Shown: positions 53,735 to 64,000 of the stretch, piece after piece
How positions within the stretch are numbered: position 1 is the first letter of the stretch
Layout: every line of letters begins with the position of its first letter
DNA from: Epithemia pelagica
Lineage: Eukaryota > Protista > Bacillariophyta
NCBI GenBank assembly: GCA_946965045.2
Contig: OX337235.1
Span: 2,542,001-2,606,000, forward strand
DNA length: 64,000 nt
Direction of reading: 5' to 3'
Notes under the pieces: model-generated
The model's database searches: none
Told to the model about the DNA's origin: nothing
Seen by the model: the letters and a program-made list of their open reading frames with translations, nothing else
Program-made: the position numbers and the translations under genes

Positions 53735-55912
53735 ATGATTGTCGAGATGCTAGTTCGTTTGATGATGGTATTGATCTATGCCGTGGGTTTGATATGGCAT
53801 ACCTTTCATCCCATGGGGTCCGTCTTGTCGGGTCGTTTTCATGGACCATTGACGCCCTTTATTGACGAAAACGCCTTGGATCCCACCGCCTTTCGGACAC
53901 CCCCCTTTGCACAACCACACAAGAATACCAAAAAGAATGACGGCCAGAGCCAACAGCGACGACGACACGAGTTTTTCCAATCCTCTCCGTCCTTGTGTCA
54001 AGCGTTGGAATGGATTCAACATGAGGACTATCTCGAATGGAGAACCAGTAATCACTCGTCATTATCATCATCATCTTCTTCTCCCAGCCCTCACATTGCG
54101 TGTTTCCCATTGATCAACACGACAACAACCATGGAAGGATCCAGTAGAATGGACGTGGCCCAAATTTTACCCGTCCAAGCACCGATCGTGCCACATCACG
54201 AAGCCTTGGTGTTGGTCCTTCAACCCGGAACCGAACAAGGCATGGAGCTCGTCATTGAGTGGTTGCAACAATTGGCCCAACAACCATGGTTGGCCAAAAC
54301 CCTCTTGATTGTCGTACCTCATCCTCAGGATTCATCATCATCATCACCCAGATCCAAACAGGAGGAGAAGGACGCCACTCGAGATGCTGTGGACAACTTT
54401 TTAAATCTCTATCTCGGAAACCCGAATCGCGGTACAAATCGTCGTTATGCGTCTTCATTCAATCTTCCCGGTGCATTGGGAGGTGCTCTTATTCGACAAT
54501 TGCTCGTGTGGGAAGTCATGAATGTGGAATACAAGAACGAACCACAACAACAACAACAAGACGACGAGCCTAAACTGATCCTTTGTCCCCAGGGACGTCG
54601 AGGTTTGTTTCCCAATATGGATTTGTACACGACCGTATGGCAAAGTTTGAACCATTTATTGGGGGAGTCATTTGTTCAAGTGTATCCGGACCACCCAGTG
54701 GCGAAATCACCAACCAACAGGAACAATCGTTTCTCCGTGAACATGACAGCCATGCTGCAACCACTTTGGACCACGCCACTGTACCAGTGGTTGTTGGCTC
54801 AAATCCAACTCTTGCCCCAATTCGTACACGAATGGTGGGACCACTGGTGGGAGTTTTGTCACTGGGAATGGGCGGTTGCCACTCAAACCGTCCGAGTTCC
54901 TCCCCATGCATCGGCCTTGGAACGCGGCATTGATTCGCTGACCGTTCAAGTCGTCATACCTTCTTCCTCTTCTTCTATGGAGACGGATCCCCAACCAATG
55001 ATGGTCGACAATCTCCTCTTGTTACGTGCTACCTTGGCGAGTATGGAATTATCGGTCCATGCCTTGTCCAACGCCCATGAACGTCTTCATCACAATTCCG
55101 CCTTGTATACCTTACCTCGCCGCGATGGCAATGCCTATGTCAAACATGAAGAATTCTTGTTGCCCGCCTTTTTGCTCCTCGTGCCATTGATTCTGAGGGC
55201 CGTACGAATCTTGTTGGGTCGTCCATTCGTATCGTCGTCGTCGCACCACGACAAGGACGAGAACGACACGAGAGACGCTGCTCCCCCCACCCACGTTTCG
55301 GTGTGGGCGGCCCTTCGCGCGTGTCACTATACCCTGATGGTCACGTGTACAGCAGCCTTGTTGGTATCGTACATACAAGACGACACGAATCCTGTTGGAT
55401 TGGGAGAACTTGACAGCAAGAGTCGAAGGACACTGTGCCAAATAGTGGTGGCACTCACTTATATCATTGCTGGTGGCATGGTTTCCTGGACCACCCAAAC
55501 GTCGTCATCATCCTCATCATCATCATTACAGTCTCCGTCACTCCATTCACCCAGTGTTCAATTTGTAGCCTGTCTGGTCGCACTGTACATGCACATTCCC
55601 ATTGCCTTTGGATACGTGGCTCTCGCCTTTTTTTCGGCCGTGGTTTGGACACCCCTCTTGGCCTTTGGTAGGGTGTCGTCACCGTCGTCGTTGTCTAATC
55701 AGGGTCCGAGAACCTCCAAACGTTCCAGTTTTGGCACGAGTGTGGGATTCCTGGCCCACATGGTTTCCTGGACAGGCACCGTCCTCGTGTTGCTCGTGAC
55801 GAGTCCCTTTGCCGGTCTCGTGGTACCGGGTGTTTTTCCAAGGTACACCCTCTATGTCCAATTCGTGTACATTCCCTTGCATTTCCTACTGTGTCTCATG
55901 TGGCTGTCGTAA
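53735..55912 (+). CDS. GPAA1: GPI transamidase component GAA1
   Basis: N-terminal TM then FIDENAL, EALVLV, GRRGLFPNMDLY and HALSNAHERLHHNSALY (cf. GQLPNLDL and SLNNLLERFHQSFFFY of Gaa1), with several C-terminal TMs. Confidence 0.82.
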   Translation: MIVEMLVRLMMVLIYAVGLIWHTFHPMGSVLSGRFHGPLTPFIDENALDPTAFRTPPFAQPHKNTKKNDGQSQQRRRHEFFQSSPSLCQALEWIQHEDYLEWRTSNHSSLSSSSSSPSPHIACFPLINTTTTMEGSSRMDVAQILPVQAPIVPHHEALVLVLQPGTEQGMELVIEWLQQLAQQPWLAKTLLIVVPHPQDSSSSSPRSKQEEKDATRDAVDNFLNLYLGNPNRGTNRRYASSFNLPGALGGALIRQLLVWEVMNVEYKNEPQQQQQDDEPKLILCPQGRRGLFPNMDLYTTVWQSLNHLLGESFVQVYPDHPVAKSPTNRNNRFSVNMTAMLQPLWTTPLYQWLLAQIQLLPQFVHEWWDHWWEFCHWEWAVATQTVRVPPHASALERGIDSLTVQVVIPSSSSSMETDPQPMMVDNLLLLRATLASMELSVHALSNAHERLHHNSALYTLPRRDGNAYVKHEEFLLPAFLLLVPLILRAVRILLGRPFVSSSSHHDKDENDTRDAAPPTHVSVWAALRACHYTLMVTCTAALLVSYIQDDTNPVGLGELDSKSRRTLCQIVVALTYIIAGGMVSWTTQTSSSSSSSSLQSPSLHSPSVQFVACLVALYMHIPIAFGYVALAFFSAVVWTPLLAFGRVSSPSSLSNQGPRTSKRSSFGTSVGFLAHMVSWTGTVLVLLVTSPFAGLVVPGVFPRYTLYVQFVYIPLHFLLCLMWLS

Positions 55913-56329
55913 AAGAAAAGAAGAAAAAGAGGGGTATCACGGTCGGTGGGAGGAAGCCACAACATGCGAACAAACGCGAGTTTCGGGTGAAGGGTCGATC
56001 AAAGGAAGTGCTTTGGAGGACGAAACAATTCAGAAGAACAGTAGGACTGCCTGCACCGGTTCATTCATTGGAGATGCTCCTCGATCGCATGAGCGCAAGG
56101 GCGATTCCCTCGCCTGCGGCAGTCACTCGTTTTCTACCAATCGCTATCGTCTATCGCTGAAATCATTTTAGTACGCAAACAAGGTTGTGTCATATTCTGT
56201 TAACTTTCTTAGTTTGATAAAAGGCGATCTTGCAGGGTGTCGTCTTGGGTATAGCAACCGTTAAACGTGGTTGCCGACACCATACGGCCTTTTGCTGTAC
56301 CTTTTTCAATAGTAGTTGTTGTGTGTTTC

Positions 56330-57715
56330 TCAAGTTTCATCCAAAAATCCATCGTACAAGACTGGTTTCTGGTTGGTATTTTGTTGGTTTGTGTGTTGGC
56401 GGTGGGCCTTCCAAAACACAGCCAAGGGCAGTGGTACGACCGTGGCTTCTTGACAGACCTGTTGGTATTGTTGATAAATATGGGCGACCCCCGGATCTTG
56501 CAAGGACACGGACCGTCGTGTCGTGCGATAACAGGGTCGACGTGGTGGTGGTTGTGACTCTTGCTGCTGGGACGTCGTCGTCGTTGTTGCTTCCAAGGGC
56601 AAGGCTTGTTGATCCAGTTTTTGGAAAAAGGCCTTGGCCTTGACCAGCGACGGATGTAGGGAAACCTCTGCTTGTGTTGGTTTCCGGGATTTGATCGGTT
56701 TGCCTTTTCGGTTGTTCTTGTGAACCTGGAGATTCTTGTTGCTGCTGTTGTTGTTACTTGGTTTCTTGGTGTTGCCATTTACTGTTGGTCGACTTGTTTC
56801 CTGGTGACAAGAATCATGAGCAGGAGGAGGAGGCTCTTTCACCTCGTGGGATGATACTTTTGCCTTCTTCTTGTGGTGGTGGCGGTGCCGTTCGACAGAG
56901 TCTTGCTCACAACACGTGGACGATTCCATGGTGGTGCTGGTATCGGTCGACTTGGTCGAAGCGGGGGAACTCATGTCGGGGTACGTGGAACGAGAGGATG
57001 CCAGCTTGGTGGTGGTGGTCGTCGTGGGACGGCGGGTGGGTTGGAATTTGCGCTTGGTTCCAAAGGTTCGTTGGGGACGTGACGTGACGGATGGTGCTCG
57101 TGGTTTCCCAGCGGTGGCCGTGTCCAGGGCTCGTGGCGGGTGGTCCTCCCGACCTGTGGGTGCAGTGACGCGTTCCTCCAAGGAATCAAGTACCGGGCTG
57201 CTTTCATCCGTGTCGGCGTCTGTTCCAGTTGTCGTTTCGTTGGCTTCTTGTTTGGGATTCTCTGACACGGATTCCGTGTCCGAGTCTTCATCCAGGACGG
57301 GAAGATCGAGGGATTCCACGGTTCCATCAAACAGGGATGTATTATTATTCGTATTCTTGTTCTTGTTGTTGTAGGATGGCGAGTCATTGGGGGACTCTGG
57401 CTCGGTGGAGGACTGATGATTCACGGTGGCAGCTGTGGCATTGGAAGAGGACGATACCGAGGAGGGTGACAAAAAGGGGGGTGCATCCAACGCCGCCTCG
57501 GCCGGTTCGGTCCAATCGACAAAGGTTCGACTGGGAGTTGGTTTCTTCCAGTCCACGGAATGTGCCAGAGCATGGTTTGTTGTTACTTCCTTTACTGGAT
57601 CTTCCTTCTGGGAAGATTTCTTGGTGTTGGTGGTCTTGTGCAGGGCCATGAATCGGCATTGTGTAAAGCGAAGGAGCTTTCGTGCTTTGCCCCCAAATCC
57701 TCGGCTGTTCGTCAT
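56330..57715 (-). CDS. Basic disordered protein with a compact C-terminal domain, unknown function
   Basis: ORF of ~460 aa with an ordered-looking end HPSLVKAKAFFQKLD...IYQQYQQVC...LAVFWK...LYDGFLDET. Confidence 0.62.
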   Translation of the reverse strand: MTNSRGFGGKARKLLRFTQCRFMALHKTTNTKKSSQKEDPVKEVTTNHALAHSVDWKKPTPSRTFVDWTEPAEAALDAPPFLSPSSVSSSSNATAATVNHQSSTEPESPNDSPSYNNKNKNTNNNTSLFDGTVESLDLPVLDEDSDTESVSENPKQEANETTTGTDADTDESSPVLDSLEERVTAPTGREDHPPRALDTATAGKPRAPSVTSRPQRTFGTKRKFQPTRRPTTTTTTKLASSRSTYPDMSSPASTKSTDTSTTMESSTCCEQDSVERHRHHHKKKAKVSSHEVKEPPPPAHDSCHQETSRPTVNGNTKKPSNNNSSNKNLQVHKNNRKGKPIKSRKPTQAEVSLHPSLVKAKAFFQKLDQQALPLEATTTTTSQQQESQPPPRRPCYRTTRRSVSLQDPGVAHIYQQYQQVCQEATVVPLPLAVFWKAHRQHTNQQNTNQKPVLYDGFLDET

Positions 57716-58211
57716 GATAGGATGGTAACTAATATTCGTGTGACAGTGCGACACGGCTTTCCAAACGAAAAAGAAAACGACAACGACCGTACGAAAAAAG
57801 GCTCGGCGTTTCGAAAGAGATAGTTGTTTCGATTTCTACGGAAGGAACGGCTTTCACCTCATGGCATGAATGTGTTGGTGTAGAACCAATACAGAACCAC
57901 GCACTCGTTCCTCGTCGTTCGACCTTTTCACTTTGTTTGTGTTGTTGGATCTCTCTTCTCGATCAAATCGAGACAACGAAATTCGGAACCACATCGTTCG
58001 AACACATTCCAACGGACACCCATGTCGCGTGCCAGCTCCGAAATGTAGCGCGCTCGTGGCTTCCCGCGAGTGCGTGAGGCATGGTCCTAAACGAGCATAA
58101 TATTATGACGATTTTGCCTACGTGGCCTGACGTAGTAGCACCCAAAACTGATGTATTTTCATTCTTATCTTTATCATCAAAATCTCACGCAACAGCAACA
58201 CCGAGAGAAAG

Positions 58212-59814
58212 ATGAGGGATGAAGAATCTCTCCGCATGCGTTTCCTCACTCCAGGAATTACCCTCATTGACTTGAAGAAAGGATGGGTGACCCGCTAAGT
58301 AAGGTTCCGTCCTACATGCGTGAATCGTTAAATGCGAATGAGTCAATGTTGTATAATCTACTTTTGGAAGGCTGGAACAGGACCGTCCAGACCCTGTGGA
58401 AGCAATGGTCCTGTTCCTCAAGCAACAAGGTGTTTTCTTTTATTCCGTGGATGAAATACTAGCCGACGAATGGATCACGAAACATAATCTTGTGGATATT
58501 ACGGAACGAGACGATGGCACCAAACGAACGGATTGGGCGGAGGCGTTTGTCCGGACCCAAACACCGAACTACGAAGTCCCAGAAGGACGAAGTGAGAAAC
58601 CACTCAAGGAGTTCCAGGTAACTCAAGAATGCATGACGTCTCATGATCCAGTTGCCAGTCTCAACAGTTAAGGGCTGTCCAGTGATACCAAGAACGCAAT
58701 TTGGCCGGTCGACATTTTGGGAATACCGTACGACCTCGTCTTGGGCAGTGAGGTTGCTCATCTACTTCCTGCGGCACCGAATCATGCGATCGAATGGTAT
58801 GAAGTGGCCTGTTGGGCGATGGGATGCAATCCAGCCACCACCCAATGGGAGAAGGTCTTTCGTTTGCTCCACGGAACAAAATCTGGGAACCCGCCGAAGC
58901 GCCTTGACGGCTCCGGCATTCGCCACTTTGTCGCGAACAAGGCCCGTATCAATCAGCACGAGCGGTTACTGGACGAGGACGATCCCCAGTTATTACTTCT
59001 ACCAATCCTTTCTCTTGATCAATGTCTAGACTGGACGGGTCAAGACTATGATGCCATTCTGTTACTGGGCACCAAAAAAAATAAGGGAGGCTACGTTTGG
59101 GCAGCGGATGCTCTTGGGATCCGAAAAAAACAGAGTAAAGCCAGCCATGCTACCAAGCAAGAGTTGAAAGCAGCTTTGGCACTCATGCGCCACATGACGT
59201 ATGCACTGGTTCAGTCATTAGTTCATTTGGAGCCTCCCCCAGTCCCTTCCAACGCTGATCAAGACTCGAGGGTTGCTATGGAGGATGCGATTCAGAAACG
59301 AAGGGATCGTCTCGACGCATTCAACACCATCATGCGAACCCAAACGGTCCAAGTTCCAAAGAAAGACTGCTGTTTTCCCATGGATGACGAAAATCCATTC
59401 CGGGGAGTCTGCAAGATTTCCTTTTCGAATGATAAGGGAAAGAGCTTGCATCCCCCGCCAGATCCACTTCTACTTGTTGCTCAGGCTGCGGTTGTCTTTT
59501 CGGTCCGTCGGAACTTTCGGCTTCGAGCGTCTGACGTGGTGGAAGAGGACTACGACTGGGAACGAGATGCCATGCAATTTGAATACCTGGAGCAAATGGC
59601 TCGTCAACGAGACTTGCATCGAGTTACCGATCATATGGAGGTCCATGTTGCGGAACGACCAGAGAGTGGTGATGATGATGATAATGTCTCGGAGGTGTCG
59701 CTTGATGAGAGTCCCTCATCCTCTGGCAGTAGCGGATCATGCACCAATTTGCACATGGATACTACCGACTTGCCCCATTCATTCGTACGCAATCCAGTGG
59801 AAGACGTTTCTTGA
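58212..59814 (+). pseudogene. HNH-endonuclease (HNH_2/Crinkler-HNH type) gene interrupted by an in-frame TAA at 58669
   Basis: ORFs 58396-58671 and 58717-59814 are in the same frame, separated only by TAA. Motifs AIWPVDILG...SEVAHLLP...GIRHFVANKARINQHERLLD...HPPPDPLLLVAQAA. The probable first exon starts at ATG 58212, with an intron ending at 58380. Confidence 0.65.
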
Positions 59815-60637
59815 TTTGCCAGGACAACAAGCCTCTCGAAGAATCGTTTGCCGTGAGAGATCACAATTCTTTGTATGGATGCGAGCATTGCCGATGCCAT
59901 CTCAAGAGAAGTCCGCCGTCGCCACGGCCGTGGTAGACAATTCCTACTTGTGTATGACACAGGCCTAGGATAGTCTATAAAGAATCCACTAGGAGTATAT
60001 TATATATACATGCCAAGAGAAGTCCGGACTCCACGCTTGCTTGGAGTAGACAAGCATTGATTCCAAGTATTGTCAATTGTCACAGTGACCGATCCTTGGA
60101 CAACGTCCTTTACCATTTCGAATCGAAGCCCCTGGTCGTCGAGTCCTCTCATCCCGCAGAATCGACTGCTCTTGTTCCACAACGACTCATCCCAAATGAT
60201 ACGTCACAACGGTTTGGACGTTTGGCCAGGGCTTTTCTACGACACACGCAAACATGTTCGCTTCTACTTCTCTACTACGGCTGCGGTGTATACCTACATT
60301 CGTGAATGTATAGTTGTCCATCTTCCTTTTTATTGTTAGCACTCGTTTATCTGCCATAGTAGTAGTCTGTTTTCTTGTGGTTGATGATGATACTGTCGGT
60401 TCTCCATTCTCTCACCACCACCATGTGTGTGTGAGAGGAGAGAGGTCGAAAGGGACGACGACAACGACCAGATAGACGGAAACCTTGTGTATTGCTGGGC
60501 AACCCCTGATTGCCAAAGGAATGCGTCAAAATTTCCGTTGAGTGTACTCTTCTTGGAGTAGGACAGGTTGTTGTTGTCAGTATGCAAATGGTTGGAATTC
60601 TCCTCCAAACAACAACAACAACGACACTTGTTTCTGC

Positions 60638-62839
60638 TCATCCCAAGAGCATGCGCGAAAACTGTTCGTAATCAATCAACATGTCCAAGTCTTCGTCGTC
60701 CTCACTTCCAATGTCAATGATACTTTTGCGATCATCGGAAATCAAATCGCGGGTCCCGGACAGGACCCGGTCCAAATCGCGCGCCTTGACATAGCCCGAA
60801 TCGTGGGGATCCAAGGTACGGAAAATGTCCCGAAACAAGTTGTAAAACTCGGCTTCGGCCATAATGCCCAAAAAGTCTTCCTTGTTCATACCCGGCAAGG
60901 TTTCCGAATCGGCCGCGTCCTTGGATGATACTGTTTTGGTACTACTACTACTACTCGAGGGTCGGACACTTTCGGAAATGAGTTCGACCAATTCTTCGTC
61001 CGTTTTGGTATCGCCCACACTTTGCATGACCCGTTTCAATTCGAGCAGTGTAATTTCACCACTTCGATCCAAATCAATCAAATCAAAGGTTTCGGAAAAT
61101 TCCTCCCGATCGGCTTGCGACAAACGACTCACCAACATGGCCCGTCGTGTTCGACTTCCCGTCTCGCCCCATCGAGCACCCGTCAAGGCAATGTACTCAA
61201 AACACTTGCTGACTTGACGAATCATTTTAAAGCGACGCAACACATTGAAAATGGTTTCATTGTTGGTCGTCAACTGAGGAATGGCAGTGCTGGCCGCCGA
61301 CGGCAAAGAGGCTTCACCGGTGCTTGTCGTCGTCGTCGTCGTCGTCGGACTGGTCGTCCCCGCGTCTTGATTGGCCGCCGTGGCGGCGGCCATGGCCTCC
61401 CAATCAATATCTTCGTCTTCTTCGGTATCAACCCCTGGAATTTTATTGGGTTTGTTGACCGATCCTCGTGTTTGACTGGCCGCATTGGCGGCTTGAATTT
61501 GATTCACGACTTCCCGTTCGTACAAGTCGGCAAAATTGACACCATACTTTTCGTCCACTTGATCCATCCAATCATTGGTGGAGGTGGTAAACCTCGTGCG
61601 TCCCGATAGTGGACACGACAGGGGAAAGACATCCCGGTCAATGGCATAACACGAGGTGGTTTCGACGGCTCGAATACTGGCGGCTCGGGGTTCTCCCGTC
61701 AACAAGGACCGTTCGCCAAAGAAATCGCCCGTCACCAGACGATTGACGACAGTTCCCAAATACCAACCCGACGCTTGCAAGGGATCTTCGGCAAAGGTCT
61801 TTTGACAAATTTCCACCTGTCCTTCCTTGATAATGTAAAAGGTCCGACCCGGTTTGCCTTCCCGCATAATGACCGAGCCGGCATCAAAGGTGAGCAATTT
61901 CGCTTGATCCATGACACTGTCAAAATCGGCAATGTTCATGGACGCCAAGTGCGGAATGGTTTTGCGGAACCGCAAACGTTCTTCGAGGGAAATGAGAGGG
62001 GCTTCCGACGTGCTGGTCGTGGTCCAACTGGGCATGGACTCGGCGGTACCATTTTTGGGAGAGGCCACAGCGGCGGCCGAAGCCGATGGTGTTCCGGAAG
62101 ATTCGGCCGTTGAGGCAGTGGCTGCGGCCGACGTGTCGGTGCCGTTGGCCACCATCAATCCACCCATCGAGGAGGCTTTGACTTGGCGCGTGGCTGGATC
62201 GACGTGGTCGTTGACGAGTTGGACCAATTTTCGTTTGAGAATGGGAACTTTGGAAGGACCACAAGGAAAGGTATCCGAGAGGCTTCCTCCGACATAGAAT
62301 TGGACAGTAGGCAAGGCCAGGACGCCAATGGTTTGGACAAATTCCTTATTGTGTTGGACCGAGAGTTGGGCCCACACGATGGGCAAGTCCTTGTACTTTT
62401 TGTCTTGAACCACCGACAAGAATTTGGGTTGCAACCCTTTGCAAGCACGACACCAAGGAGCAAAGACCTTGAGTACAATCAGTTTGTCACGGTTGGCTTC
62501 GACAAAGGCTTCGTGTTGTTCCTTGTTCAAAATGGTGTACACACCATCGTCGCCCAACGTCGGAAAGGCGGGTGGTGGTGAAGGGGGAGGAACCATTTGT
62601 GGAGGAGGAGGAGGAACCGGAGAGGCGGCTTGCGCTTCGGCAATGTCATCGGTCGCAGTTGATGTCAATGCAACCACAGGAAATGACCGTGCCGACAAGG
62701 ATGAAGATGATGACGACAGTGACAGACCAAATGACTGGGCGCTTTGCCTGGTCGAACGTGGTGCGCTGCTCAGCCATGCCATGGAAGGAGTGGCAAGCAA
62801 CAGCGCCGTTAGAACCATAGAGGCAACGGTCATGAGCAT
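60638..62839 (-). CDS. Plastid-targeted thioredoxin + cyclic-nucleotide-binding + EF-hand fusion protein
   Basis: Presequence MLMTVASMVLTALLLATPSMA/WLSS. Trx VFAPWCRACKGL. cNMP domain FYIIKEGQVEI...GDFFGERSLLTGEPRAASIRA. EF loops DLDRSGEITLLE and DPHDSGYVKARD. The upstream ATG at 62902 is an alternative start. Confidence 0.85.
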   Translation of the reverse strand: MLMTVASMVLTALLLATPSMAWLSSAPRSTRQSAQSFGLSLSSSSSSLSARSFPVVALTSTATDDIAEAQAASPVPPPPPQMVPPPSPPPAFPTLGDDGVYTILNKEQHEAFVEANRDKLIVLKVFAPWCRACKGLQPKFLSVVQDKKYKDLPIVWAQLSVQHNKEFVQTIGVLALPTVQFYVGGSLSDTFPCGPSKVPILKRKLVQLVNDHVDPATRQVKASSMGGLMVANGTDTSAAATASTAESSGTPSASAAAVASPKNGTAESMPSWTTTSTSEAPLISLEERLRFRKTIPHLASMNIADFDSVMDQAKLLTFDAGSVIMREGKPGRTFYIIKEGQVEICQKTFAEDPLQASGWYLGTVVNRLVTGDFFGERSLLTGEPRAASIRAVETTSCYAIDRDVFPLSCPLSGRTRFTTSTNDWMDQVDEKYGVNFADLYEREVVNQIQAANAASQTRGSVNKPNKIPGVDTEEDEDIDWEAMAAATAANQDAGTTSPTTTTTTTSTGEASLPSAASTAIPQLTTNNETIFNVLRRFKMIRQVSKCFEYIALTGARWGETGSRTRRAMLVSRLSQADREEFSETFDLIDLDRSGEITLLELKRVMQSVGDTKTDEELVELISESVRPSSSSSSTKTVSSKDAADSETLPGMNKEDFLGIMAEAEFYNLFRDIFRTLDPHDSGYVKARDLDRVLSGTRDLISDDRKSIIDIGSEDDEDLDMLIDYEQFSRMLLG

Positions 62840-64000
62840 GGGAGAGGGTCTTGAAGAAGAAGAACTCCAGCAGGAGTTGGAGGGCGCGTTGGAAGGAGGC
62901 ATGATTTTTTTATGTTTCGGCTCCAGTATCTTCACGATTGATTTGTTCGGTTTCAATGGCGGATTTTTCAATGAGAACTCCAAGGCACTGGAAGAAGGTG
63001 ACACTGTCTGCAATCAGAATGGCGATTCCGAAGAGAGACGGAACAATACAGCTCGAAAAGAAGAAGAGAAGAGAAAGTGAACCAACAATTGACAAACAGA
63101 ATCGAGAGAAACGAGCAGCTTGAGCTTGCGCCGTGTGTTGTCGCTGCTTGGGGTGCGGTGGTGTTTGGGTGTGTGGCCTGGAGGCGTCGATGCGGTGTCT
63201 TTGTCGACTGCCGACCAGATGGCGCATCCCGACCAGTACTCCTCTTTAAAGCGTCCTTAAGGATTCGAAACTTCAGTCCCACGAAAGAATAAACTAACTA
63301 TTGTATATAAAATGATCTCTTTCTTCGTGACTTAATATTGTTCGAACGCTCAGAATTTACCACGACCGGTTCCACTGGTCCGACAGTGGCCCCTGTATGA
63401 CGTTGGAACGGTCGGCGACGGCAGACGCAAAGACGACACACGCACACCCGCCACCGCCACCGCCGCCGGGCCAGCGCACACAACTCCAAGCCGGCGGACC
63501 TCATGTAAGGTTACAAGTACCACCATCACCAAAGTATCCAATATCACCACCTCGCCACACAATACACAATGCCTCATCATTCATCATAGAAAAAATGAAT
63601 CACATGCACCATATGCTTCATCCCAGCCGTCAGCATGCTCGCTACCTCTACACTATGTCATTACCAGAATCATGGCGACGACCCAAACGACATGCAATGC
63701 GACAGTCTTTCATCGACACACACACAGACACACAAGAGGGAATGGGGACGATACTAGGTGTAGGAACCCACGAACTCGACAAATTCTGCGCCTCCATGGA
63801 CACAGTACCATTGTCGTGAAGGGGTTCCTTGTGTTATTTGTTCGTTCATTCGTTTGTTTCTTTATTGCTCGTAGGTGTAGTACGTTGCTCGCAAGTTGTT
63901 TTGGATAGCTGGGAGAACTGCCTTGCGTGGACGGTGGTGGCTCTGTTGTCTACTCCCCACAAGTATACATGCGCATGGTCCCCTTGCCGTGAGGCGTGGT

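Noticed and set aside
5582-55912. Apparent secretory/cell-surface gene cluster (SFT2, sulfotransferase, TM9SF, PDZ-TM, mucin, GPAA1)
   Set aside because: These classes are abundant in diatom genomes and are interspersed with unrelated genes. There is no evidence of co-regulation from sequence alone.
59922-59967. Palindrome CCACGGCCGTGG followed by CTAG as a Helitron 3' end for the HNH gene
   Set aside because: The hairpin is about 30 bp from CTAG, further than typical, and there is no matching 5' TC end or RepHel gene.
63050-64000. ORFs 63397-63819 and neighbours at the window end
   Set aside because: Low-complexity promoter/UTR-like sequence upstream of the Trx fusion, with no recognisable coding signal.

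Overview
Gene-dense eukaryotic DNA with short introns, bipartite plastid-targeting presequences, DUF6824 genes and PSxxPS-repeat proteins, so most likely a diatom (species not determinable from the sequence). About 20 genes are supported: a PPPDE/DeSI peptidase, two tandem DUF6824 paralogues, SFT2, a sulfotransferase-like protein, a MATH-domain signal peptidase I, TM9SF, an MDR oxidoreductase, a PDZ-tailed membrane protein, a giant PS-repeat membrane protein, GPAA1, a thioredoxin-cNMP-EF-hand fusion and several orphans. No rRNA, tRNA, CRISPR array or transposase/reverse-transcriptase gene was seen. The most striking structure is a ~3.0-kb cassette (22408-25424) encoding an intronless PD-(D/E)xK nuclease-kinase (Crinkler-like) protein. 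It is flanked by a ~0.9-kb direct duplication of host DNA arranged so that both neighbouring host genes stay intact. A second Crinkler-type nuclease gene (HNH, interrupted by an in-frame TAA) lies at 58.2-59.8 kb. Two unusual plastid-targeted fusions are also notable. All domain calls come from motif recognition by eye; no database search was run.
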